From Octopus bimaculoides (Eukaryota), in the NCBI RefSeq assembly GCF_001194135.2, contig NC_069001.1, positions 21,323,738 to 21,377,750 on the forward strand: a stretch of DNA of 54,013 nt, written 5' to 3'. The notes beneath the pieces were generated by a model, which saw only the letters and a program-made list of their open reading frames with translations, made no database searches and was not told the origin of the DNA. Position 1 is the stretch's first letter; every line of letters starts with the position of its first letter. The position numbers and the translations under genes were made by a program. Positions 11,479-22,450 of the stretch are shown one piece after another.

Positions 11479-11672
11479 TGACGTCTCATATGGTCAAGTG
11501 ATATAAGTGTATGTGTGTGTGGGGGAGGGTTTACCTAGCAACCAGGAAGCTGATTGGTTAAGAATAAGGTTTTAGAAATTATGAAGTCACGTGACTTTAG
11601 AAAAATTCTAGATTAATGCATGAGGGCCTAGTCTCCATATGCAGGCAAATAGTAAACAGAAGTCAGTGAGTG
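11479..11672 (+). promoter_or_regulatory. Candidate RNA Pol II promoter: CRE-like site, RFX X-box, ETS, CCAAT (NF-Y), palindromic E-box (USF/TFEB CLEAR type), then TCAGT/GTGAGT
   Basis: TGACGTC 11479-11485; GTTTACCTAGCAAC 11529-11542; CAGGAAG 11543-11549; CTGATTGGTT 11550-11559; AAGTCACGTGACTT 11584-11597; TCAGTGAGT 11663-11671. Motif matches only, no transcript evidence. Confidence 0.45.
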
Positions 11673-12099
11673 TGAAACTAATTAAAGAACTACATTCTAC
11701 AAGTTGTGTGTTTTGATGACACCTATATATGCATGACTTTTCTGGGCATGTTGGCCTTCTGAGCTGGTCTGTGGTTTCTCTGTTGCTAACATTTGCAGTT
11801 GGCGCTGTGTTGTTACAGAAGGGAAGAGGCGTTTTGCGACAAATGGTTTTATTATTTGTTAGATATTTAATTCAGTATCAATTAATATGGATCATATTCT
11901 TGTGTAGTATATTTATATCAATTATTCAGTTGTCTACGAAATGTTTGCTGCTTGTTCACAATATACCAAAAAGTAAGAGTATCGAGCAAAAGAAATAGAA
12001 TTATAAACTACTCTTCACCTGTTACATTTTATGATCAATATAATAGCGGCAATATTTCAAATTTGCAATCGAAGTTAAAAATCATATTACATTTTAGCT

Positions 12100-12800
12100 G
12101 CTTGTGCCTGGTGTAACACACTTTTGGTTTCTTATTGATAAGTTATGTTTGTTGTAGCATTTTTATACTATAAAGTGTTTGTTTACGATTCTGTGTCCTA
12201 CGTATAGTTTTGTTTTATGACGCTTGTCATGTGTTTATCTATTTCTACAGTTAGTATGTACTTGATTTATGCATACCAGCATTTGTCTTTCGTATTCTTA
12301 ATGTGCCTTGTGATCAATAGACATTTGACATTGCATCTATGGCTGCATTATTTTTCAGCTTGGTCTGATTGTTTATCAGAATACTCATCGTTGCTTTATT
12401 TTGTTGTATTCTCTTTTAAATAGTTCGTTTGTGAAGCATTTAAATACTTGTTTAAGGTGGGATGGTGTAATAAGCATTATGTATTTGTTTAGACATTCGC
12501 TCTCTTTATGTAACTATGTGTATTGTTTTAACGTTTTGTGATGTATCCCTTACTTTCTACTTATATGTTAGTCTCCAATAATGCAGTCATTGTGTTGCAA
12601 TAAGTCTAATTTTTAGTCCTTCAGTGACCTAAATGTTTTCACGACGTTTTTTTCCAGGTCTTCTTTTTATATTTTGATATATTCTTGTATATGCATTACT
12701 AAAAGGTTATGAACCGAAGTAGTTTTTCCCTGTCTACAATGCAAATTGTATGAGTAAATATGAAATTCTTATATATTTAGGGCCATCATTCAGGCGTCTT
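12100..12800 (-). mobile_element. Highly decayed Penelope-like remnant
   Basis: Minus translation CFTNELFKREYNKIKQ resembles the PLE RT thumb region; the flanking text is pLTR-like. Weak evidence. Confidence 0.3.
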
Positions 12801-13149
12801 ATCAAAGGAAACGAAATGCAATCAAGTCAATTATACAATGCATACTTGGTGATATATATATATATATATATATATAGCTAGATATATTAAAAACCAACGG
12901 GTATCCTAGATCCATTGTAAATCGACTTAAGTACCCAAGACGATCAATACGCCGAACACATAGAAAACCCAGCAACACATGCTTCCTTAAAATACCCCAT
13001 TTTAGCGAGAGGATAACTACAGCCATCTGAAGAGCCATAAGCAAAGCTGCTGAAAGACCTCCCCTTCATGGTTACTGGCCAACAAAGTTTGCAAGTCTCC
13101 ATGAAACCACAGAAATACAACAAAATGAGTGGGTGTCAATGAGTAGTTA

Positions 13150-13400
13150 ACAAAAGGACACCAAAAACAAATTGAAAGGAAACAACTAAAAACATGTCTG
13201 CCTTTTATGTTGAAACTCTTAACAGAAAAACTGCAAACCGTTGAAACCTGATGAACTGGAAGGCTGATAAGAAAAAGGTGTTGATTGGGGTCAAAGGAAG
13301 AAGATGGTTTGTGGAACTGAAAAAGAATAGCAAATTTATGTACTACCAGGGTCGATTATAGAATAGCTAACGACCTAGTCCAATACTTGTAGCATAAGTT
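13150..13400 (+). mobile_element. Decayed APE-type LINE fragment (endonuclease N-terminus, RTE-like)
   Basis: ttttatgttgaaactcttaacaga resembles the WNVETLN start of LINE APE domains; otherwise heavily frameshifted. Confidence 0.3.
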
Positions 13401-13539
13401 CAAGATCTCGTTCAAGAAATGTTGAAGCCCGCAAAAAATGTTGGCTGCCTGCTGAAAAAATGCAATGTGACATTAAATTGTAGGATTAGAATCTGGAAAT
13501 ATTAGCAGATACATTAGCAGATATACATTCTGAAGAAGA

Positions 13540-13700
13540 ATCATTCAATGAGATATCCTCTCTAAAATCTTTGTAATCGCATTGGTCCCTTTGTCGATTT
13601 TACTAAATAATGTTAATGAAGGATACTCACTGTAAAAGAATTGGAGAAAGTGAATCACCTAATGTTTATGGATGATCAAACTTTTAACGCAAAAGTCAAC
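13540..13700 (+). mobile_element. Old R4/Dong-clade LINE RT fragment
   Basis: Translates as FVIALVPLSILLNNVNEGY...VNHLMFMDD, matching RT motifs 4-5 (GDSLSPLLF..L.PLS..LN and NHL.FMDD). Confidence 0.55.
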
Positions 13701-16172
13701 TATATTCCTTAGTACAAAAATCTAGTATGGGATGACAAAACTTACTGAAGGAGATCTACCTGATTTTGAGAAAATGATTAAATGTAGAAGAAGTATATAA
13801 ATATATCAAATTAATGGAAAGTAATGAAAGCAAAGGTAGAAAATGAAGGAGGTCGTTAATAAAAAATATTTCCTTCGAACGAAATAGATTTTAAAATCTA
13901 ATCTGAATGCAGAAAATACCATACAAGCAAGCAACTTGAGGGAAATATCGCTATTAATATATGGAATAGACAAATGATGATCTGGAGTATATCGAGAGAA
14001 AACGAAGAAGCAGCTTACCACTCTAGTAAGATGCGGACCGGATATACTAGAAACGAAGAGGAAAACAGTTAATTAATATCGAAGAAGTAGAACTAAAGAA
14101 GACAAATCTAGGTTTCTGTCTAAAAGAAACAGTTCTTCAGGATGTAATGGAAAGAATATATACAAAATGTATAGAATCCCAAAAGCGAAAAACGAGAAAA
14201 TGCGGAGGAAATCTGAAATAACAACAATCTATTCTGTGCTTAATCAAGACAAGATATATAAGGAATGACAAGGACGGCTGGTTTGGGTTAAAGAAACGTT
14301 TATTGAATGAAGAGACCGAGGGAAGTAGTAAGAAACTATAGAAAGATCTGAATAGTACACGGTCTTTGGGTTAAAAACAGAGGAAGGAAAAGACAGAGTA
14401 AATGATCTTAAACTGTCGTATAGAACTTTTGTATTCTTTTTGCGAGGAGAACCACCTCGGTTGAAATACGTTGGAACTTCTATATTACATGTTCGAGACT
14501 ATCGTATGTGTAAGCCACATGCAACTCGTTTCCTCGGGTATTTTCTATCAGTTTCTATTGCTGTTATTTATAATTATATTCATTTTCCTTCCTTGCGTCA
14601 TTTTTATATATATGCTGATCAATTTGATGCCTAACCAACTTAATACCTTTACTAACAGTTTTAAATAGTTGAGACATCACTAATCGAGTGATTTGAGAGT
14701 TGTGGACGAATGAATCGACGTCTTTAGTGTCTGTTAAAAACTATTTTGTTTAATACGACTAAAATTTGTAAGGATCTACATTCAACTGAGAGTGCTCTCC
14801 AGAGATTCAGTCCTATTTGTATGCCAAGGAAAAATGCAAACAAACATTTAATTCATAAATATAAATAAAAATGGGGCATAGATATCTAAACTCTTAAACA
14901 AATTATTTAAAATAGGTTAAAGGAATGATAGATACGCTTAATTTATGATTCAAACAGAGGTCATATATCTAATAGCCCTGAGTTGAAGCATTGGAAAACA
15001 AACAACCAAAAACAAAAAAACAAACAAAATTATTTTACGTGAAATACTTTCAAGAAAGATTGAGTGACAGTGTATGATAGTGGGAGAGAAAGCGAGTGAT
15101 TGTGCCTGAGTCGGAGAGAAAGCGAGGGTAGAGAGAGAGGAGGAGACTTTAAAAAGGCAAATACATAGAAAACTTTTCACTGTAAAACTGGCATCCGTAA
15201 TTGGCATATATTGTGTGCTTTTAGTGTGTTACACAGTGTGTAAGCAGATAAATGCGTGTGTTGTTTAGTGTGTGCGTGATGGTATATATGAAGGTGTGAA
15301 AAAGCTGATCTCAAATAAATTTCGATTATTTTCTTTTACACCATTCCTTTATATTTCTTTCATTTCTTTTTTTATTGGTTCTTTTGTTCTCTAATGTATT
15401 GTTATAGACGGATTATTAAAAATGTGACCAGGAAATTTATTACTTCTAAACCATAGTTTCAGTTAGCTAGTTTCACAATTAGCAATAAAGCATATCGTGA
15501 AATGGCTGTCAGTAGAAGAAATATTAGTCATAGGATTCTGTATTTAAATAATTTCGTTCGTTTTCAATTTTATTTTCTGTTAATGCTTTTGTATTTATTT
15601 TTAATTTTGAAATATAACTGTTGTTTCTTTTAAAATATTTTACGTTATTATCTCTGTTCTTTATTTTAATGTTAATTTTAGATATTTATTGTCACAAATT
15701 AGAATAGCAAATTAGAATATTTACTATTGCAGTAGGTTGACAGAATCGGTAGATCGTTGGAAAAAGTGGTTTTTAGGAACGTTATTTACGGTTTAAATTC
15801 AAATTCCGCGGGATTCACCTCACTTTTTTGTCACTCTAGAGTCGTTAGCATAAAGTATAATAAAAATACTGTGCGTGTGTTTGTAAGCAATCTTACATAT
15901 CTTTATCAGTGTAACAAATAGAGAGTTTAATTGACAAGTCGTTCATTTACATTCTCTGCAAGCTACTACATTTTATTCTCGGCAAAATGTTAACCACTCC
16001 AAGATTCAATGTACCTATTTCTAAAATTACGATGCATAATATTGGAAAACAATTGACTCTTCCGAACTGACATTCGCACTATGAGATCGGCACCATTAAA
16101 CCAGCATTCTGCTTTGTAGAAACATCTGAATTGAAATTTAATGAAGTTATATTTTTGTTTCATTTGTTTCAG

Positions 16173-16248
16173 TGAAATCTAAGACAAATCAACAAACATG
16201 ATTACTGTGAAATAGAAATTTTCTAGTACAGTGCAACTTCATGGGTTT
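16173..16248 (+). other. Candidate non-coding or 5'UTR exon, 76 nt
   Basis: Acceptor tttttgtttcatttgtttcAG and donor GTAAGC. All frames closed except a terminal ATG GGT TT. Confidence 0.25.
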
Positions 16249-17681
16249 GTAAGCATCTTATCTAAAAAGAAATTCTTTCTGTTGTATGTTCCATCTTAAT
16301 CGGAGACTGTCTTTTCAGATTTTTCTGTACAAACAGGAAACGAAATCACTGACTTCTTTTATCCAATTCTTTCTCCGACTTAAAATTCCTACTAGTAATA
16401 GTTTGCTTTCAATTGCTACAAAAGATTTGTCTATTCACAAATACACCTATCCGTGTGATCAAATATGCAGTGATCAACTAGGCAAGTTACTAAATTATTA
16501 TGGACATTCAGTTCAAATCTAGCGTGAAGGTTTCGATGTATTTTTAGGAAAGCACTATATTTTTCATGGCTTCAACAGTTTGAAACATGAAATTATACGG
16601 CAGCATTTTCAGGCAATTATTAATAAGTCTCTTTGATAATGTTCTAGCTTTATTGTCTAGGTTGAATTGACCATGAAACGATGGTAGAGACAAGGACAAT
16701 TTAAGATTTGTCCGGCTCTCGTCTACTTTGGCAATAGTCAATATACAAGGCGCTACATTTTGAACTTTATCTCTCAGCCATGATTTAATTATCGCTCCTC
16801 CTACCCGCATATTAAACAATATTCATTTCATATTAAACAAATTGCTCTCCACCTAGGTAACTCCAATTGTATCATTTGAAATTCAGCCATCATTTTACTA
16901 TTACTCTTTAAAAAATCATTTGTGTCAGAAAATAATAATTTCCGTCAAACACAGTATACTGTAAATGTATACTAACTATGTATTTGTCAGTTCCGAACCG
17001 TATCCTTAAATCATTCTTTAATGTATTCTGTACTCATAACAATCTGCTATTTTTGTTTTATTCATTTCCCAAATATCACACAAAAGCAATAATTCCATAA
17101 ATAATAGAACTGTTCACATCAGTTTGTGACATTAATTAATTTATATGTTGCGTAATTATGGCAGCAACATTCTCCATTCAAAATGAATTAATCTAACTTA
17201 AATTATAATAGAAGCAAATACAACATAATTCGCATGTGATAACCTCCCCCACCATTGCACGTAAAACAGTACATCGCGTCATCGATGAAATCGCAAAATG
17301 GGAATGAAACACTTGTACTACTGGTCACAGATGTAATAATTTAGTCTCGAGGAATTTGAATATATTATTGAATATAAGCAATTAATATGTACAACCATAA
17401 TAATTAATCATAGGAAAAATGCACCGTTGGGTTGTAATACATTTTGTAATTTTTGCCAAAACGTATTCAAAATTTACCGATTCTTTTTCCCTCTGCAATA
17501 ACACTATAAACATCACTAGTGAGGTAAATGTATAATAAACATCCGACTCGTTTTCTTCTTTTCATCAGTTTTATCTCCGCCATGGTGTCTTAGTCCAGCT
17601 TCGTAAAATTTCTATAATTATACTGACTATCAAAATGTCCGAACTTATTTTCCTATCTCTCTTTATAAATATCTCTTCCAG

Positions 17682-17754
17682 CTTTCGAGTATACACACCG
17701 CGAGGTATAACCACACTAGATGACAACCTCTCTTACTACCGACAATAAATAATG
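17682..17754 (+). other. Candidate exon ending in ATG, 73 nt
   Basis: Long pyrimidine tract ending ctcttccAG; ends ATG|GTATGT, preceded by an in-frame TAA. Confidence 0.33.
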
Positions 17755-18105
17755 GTATGTTGTTCCACAACAGTAAGAGTTAGTATACGTGAGACATCAT
17801 TCTACAAGGGCTTCCTTTATTAAGCGCCAATTATAAAACACTAATTCCCATGGAATTCAATGTTTCGAAGTGACATTGGTGATTTCCTACCTTTGGCACT
17901 CTAGAAAATACTTTTCCTTTTGTTATTCGAAATCCTACTCTTCACCAAATGCGTGTAAATTAAAAGCTAGTCGATTGCAAGTCTTCTTTCCAAATTTCAT
18001 TTTGAATTTAATCCCCTAACAATTGATTTAGTAACGGTACTCACATCACTCAGTATTATAATCAATACTTTGTACACAGATTTCATTCTAATCTGATGTT
18101 TACAG

Positions 18106-18151
18106 ATTCCCGGAAGCATTTACACGGTGATATTGATTACTGAATCTGTCA
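18106..18151 (+). CDS. Candidate coding micro-exon (IPGSIYTVILITESV), phase 0 to 1, unknown protein
   Basis: Branch-like CTAAT, acceptor gtttacAG, donor TCA|GTAAGT. The only open frame joins the upstream ATG and the next exon. Confidence 0.33.
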
Positions 18152-19371
18152 GTAAGTTGTAACAATGGAGTTGCGCCCTAATTTGCATAAAATCAACTGT
18201 TTGAAAGCTGAAGCAAATTATGGTTAGCATTACAAACCTAATTACCGAGCGTGGTTATATTATAGTAGTCGGTAATTCACAATTAAAGTCAATCCTTTCA
18301 CCTTAAGGAAAGAAGTTCACTATACATACTTAGGTTACAGATATATTAATATGTCTAAACAACAAGCAGGATCCAACACATATGACAATAAAACTGTTTC
18401 TTCGGGGATGAAAATGTGATAAACAGCGACAAAACAAGCAACAGCCTAGCAGTAATTCCTTCGTTTCGAGATTCTGTCAGTCTTGTATATATTTCACTTA
18501 ATCCAGGGAATGTTCAAAATAAATAGCAGTAATAAGCTTTACTGAGGCGAATTACAACAACAAAATATCCATACAGAATTTGATTTTAGTAAAAATAAAA
18601 GTTTTGCATTATAATTTCAATTATATTCTAAAACATCATGTATGGCACTGATATCGCTAAAGTTGTTAACAAAATGAAAATACGCTAACTGCATGTTCCG
18701 AAATATTTCAAATATTGGAAAATACAAAAGTGCCAATTAATTATTTGAAAGTTTGTACGTAATAACAGAGTTAGATATCTTCGATTCAGCAGGCATATCT
18801 ATCTCACTGTAATCAGTGTCAAAGTTGGTGTTTATTACAAGAGTTTAACATTTTATGTCTATTCCTATGGATAAAGGAGACCTCATAAATGTTATCGCTT
18901 TAAATAAACTTTTTTCATTCGTCTGTTATTTCCTTTTGATTTTTGTTTTGTGTAGTTCTTATGCAGCAACTATCCCATTTTCCTGTAATAACATTGTTAG
19001 AACCAGCTAGGTATTATTAATTTGCCGAGTTATATCATAGAAGGTAAGAGTATTTCAAATTTATAGAAAAAATACTTTGAACTACCAGCCATGTTTTCTC
19101 CCAATATTATCTCTTGTATTTATTACACATTTCATAAGCTGCTGAGAAAAAAAAGTATATTTCCTAAATGTAATTACATAACAGTGTGTCAGACAAGGCA
19201 TTTTGTTTTTATTTTATTTCTCTATGTTTACTTGTCTATAGTTAAAGCATGGTAGGGTGCTGGATTTCTCGTCGTTATTCAATTACTCGATTCCAACAAA
19301 TACATTACAATGTTTCCCCGTTATCTATTTGTTTTTATAAAGCATTTTCTCTTCTATCAATCTTTCCACAG

Positions 19372-19425
19372 TTGAAGACGATATCTTCAGGGTGTCGGCC
19401 TCCTATCTGAATGCACATTGCTTTG
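19372..19425 (+). CDS. Candidate coding exon (xEDDIFRVSASYLNAHCF), 54 nt, phase 1 to 1, unknown protein
   Basis: Strong acceptor ttttctcttctatcaatctttccacAG and donor TTG|GTAAAT. Single open frame; locally higher GC than the flanks. Confidence 0.38.
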
Positions 19426-19949
19426 GTAAATAATCAAAAGAAAAACAGAATTTAAACTTCAGTACGAATTATAATGACCGTCGTTTAGAATAAAGTGTTA
19501 TTCACGTGCATAATTAGTTTTTACGTTAATGAAATTTCTGAAATAATATTTTTAACGTACCATCTGAACTACTGTTCTGAATATTCGACTTGTAATAGAA
19601 CCTAGGACAAACTATAAATGGAAGTGGCTCGGGAGTATTATGCATACATACGCATATACGCATATAGAATTGCGTAGAAATTCACACACAGGTATACACT
19701 TAACTAAAAACCCCGCTTTCTTTCCAGTTGAAATTTAATATACTTTTTTTAGATTATTTTATGTCTAAATTCTGTTCTCCTCATTGTTTATTATTGTTTA
19801 TCAAAGTAATATGAATTCATCTGCACATGTGTGTAAGCAGTTCTTATTACACCTGGGTTTATAATGAACAATCTATATCTTTTAACATTTAAAAACTAAA
19901 AATTGCCTAAAATATTTGTCATAAAGCTGGCTGAGAAATGAAAAGATTA

Positions 19950-21365
19950 CAGTGGACAACAAAATTTTTTTTGTCTTGCTATTTAAACTTTTTCAGCTGA
20001 TTTAGGGTAATTTTAGGGTGCTGAATCCGAATCTGACATCAGTTTTGAAACAGCAAGTGTACTCTTTTTGTTATTCACAGCATCAGATTTCCCAACTAAT
20101 TGATAATATTGACAAAGTAGTAGCTTATTTGCTTTCAATTTTCATTCATATACTCATCATTGAAACAAAAGTAAGCGCTGATAGAGGGAAATGTAGGCTA
20201 TCTGTTAAATTGCCACACAAGATGAGGATTTATTTTACTGTTATCGCTGTAATTATAGTGAAGTTCTCCTCACAGTAAGCTATTAATATTAGGTTATAAT
20301 AAGCCACTCAGATTCCATAATCCTGAAGATAACTGCTAGTGCTGCTAAAACAAAGTACATCAAACAAGAGAGCCAGGTTAGATGAAAAATAGTTAAGTAG
20401 TAAGTTTAGTTATTTATTAAAGCGATCAATGTTTGAAATTTAGAGATAAAAAAATTGTTTCGTGATAGCAAGTTTAAATAGCAAGACAAAATTTTCTCAG
20501 TACGTTCTAAAGTAATTTCAATGATTTTTTTTTTTTGAGAAATATATCTTGATGTTTTACAATAACATTTATAGGTGAATAATTTTATATTTTAGTTTAC
20601 TGATAGGCTTCCTCGAGTGTTGATTTAGGTCATTGCTGTATGTATTTATGATGAGCAGAAAAGTTTGTGTTAATCACCCGGACAGCTTTTGTTAAGTATG
20701 TGGAAAATTTACGCCCAAGGAGCAGAGAAATAAACTTACAACGAAATTTTAAAATGCTTACACGCTTTACTTTGGATGCAAAGTTGGACGCCTCATGTTT
20801 GTTGCAAAAACTGCTACATAGCATTAACCCAATGGCTACCGATTGTTATTTCTGCTCAACTAACATCACAGGTTTCTCTACGAAGAACAAATTCAAAATT
20901 GTTTATCCAGATTGCCCTTCAGCTTTAAAACCAGTTGCTCATGCTACTGAAAATACTCCAATTCCAGAATCTCCTTCGTCTCTTAACAAAGATAGTTTAA
21001 GTGAAGAAAGTACTGCATCTACTTCAATTGAAGGCATGTCGAGTGATACTGTAATGAACCAGTATTTTCAAAAAAGGTTCCTCGTTTATTAAGTCAACTT
21101 GAGTTAAACGATTTAGTTAGAGACTTAGGTTTAACAAAAGAAAAGTCAGAACTACTGGGCTCTAGGTTGAAACAATGGAATATTTTACACGATGGTGTAA
21201 AATGGTCGTATTTTCGAAAATAGCATTCAGAATTGCATGAATCTGTTACGGAGAAAGACGGTATTTATTTTTGTTGTGATGTTGGACTCCTACATGAGAT
21301 GGGGTACGGCCATAATCCTGAAGAATGGAGACTCTTCATAGATTCCAGCAAAGCAAGCCTTAAGT
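19950..21365 (+). mobile_element. Chapaev3-like (CMC) DNA transposon: 5' terminus plus decayed transposase N-half, 3'-truncated
   Basis: MSRKVCVNHPDSFC*VCGKF...AYTLYFGCKVG, DCYFCSTNITGFSTKNKFKIVYP, LSQLELNDLVRDLGLTKEKSELLGSRLKQWN and EEWRLFIDSSKASLK match the Chapa zinc-finger transposase as I recall it. Terminus cagtggacaac...gggtgctgaatccgaatctgac. Confidence 0.75.
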
Positions 21366-21390
21366 AGTTTAAGGCATTCAATAATCCACG

Positions 21391-21875
21391 AGTACAACGC
21401 CAAAGAAAGTTAGTTAAAAATTTTTCTTCCCCTTTTCTTTTTATTGTTTATCTTCTCCAAATATTCCTACCTAGCTACTGTAATGACAAGACAGTTTTGC
21501 CACTAGGCTAGCAGTACAACGCTAAAGAAAGTTAGTTAAAAATTCTTCTTCCTCCTTTCTTTTTTTTCTGTTTATCTTCTCTAAATATTCTTATGTAACT
21601 ACTGTAATGAAAAGACCGTTTTGCCATGAGGCTAGCAGTACAACGCCAAAGAAAGTGAAACATTTCTTCTTCCTCTTTTCCTTTTTGTTTCGTTTATCTT
21701 CTCCAAATATTCATATCTAGCTACTGTAATGAAAAGACCGCTTTGTCATGAGGGTAACAGTGCATTGCCAAATATAGTTAAACATTACTTCTTACCTTTT
21801 TATTATTTTTTTGTTTAACATCTCCAAATATTCCTATCTAGCATCTGTAATGAAAAGACCACTTTGCGATGAGGC
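21391..21875. repeat. Minisatellite, about 4 copies of a 122-124 bp unit
   Basis: Units start at 21391, 21513, 21637 and 21759 (agtacaacgccaaagaaag...ttatcttctccaaatattc...ctactgtaatgaaaagacc). Confidence 0.92.
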
Positions 21876-22313
21876 CGATGCGAAACCATCACCTCTACCA
21901 CACCCTCTTCCCCGTATTCAAACTGGGAGTGAGGCAATTATTCTTTTTTATTTTTCATTTTTTCTTCGGTCGAGACTAAACCGGCAACCCCGCAAACCTT
22001 GTTCTGTGAGGAAGGTGTATGATTCTTGCTACTTTGACACCCTACAGGAAGAAGAACAAGACCTGTATAAAGGCTAATGAACTCTTTCGGGGCAACTGCC
22101 ACCAAAATAGAATATGCCTAAGATGCAGAAGCAATCAAAATGCTTGAACACCCCTTCTAGGAGACGGAAACTACAAAAATTAAACCAGGATTACAGTAAT
22201 CCTATATCATAGGGTGGAGATCCTGTCAGTGATGGTATCACGGGGAAAAATACTGGTGGTTATGCAACCTAAAATTCACTAGCATTCATCATGAGATGCC
22301 AAATAAAAATAGG

Positions 22314-22388
<75 letters not shown>

Positions 22389-22450
22389 ACTATTGTTANN
22401 NNNNNNNNATTATTATTATTATTATTATAACTATTGTTATTATTATTATT
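22314..22450. repeat. (ATT)n microsatellite at the 3' flank of Dong copy A
   Basis: Read directly; contains a short N gap. Confidence 0.95.

Noticed and set aside
14019-14046. 28-nt minus-strand exon candidate with strong splice sites
   Set aside because: It lies in repeat-like sequence with no phase-linked partner. It shows the chance rate of such signals.
14436-14475. Further hammerhead-like fragments (also near 520, 12700 and 33040-33090)
   Set aside because: Only partial cores; helices I and III cannot be formed convincingly.
16544-16819. 91-aa minus-strand ORF in the repeat-free island
   Set aside because: No recognisable motif and no flanking splice signals; the length is attainable by chance.
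21391-21875. Regularly spaced repeats as a possible CRISPR array
   Set aside because: Whole units are homologous with no unique spacers, and the context is eukaryotic with no cas genes.
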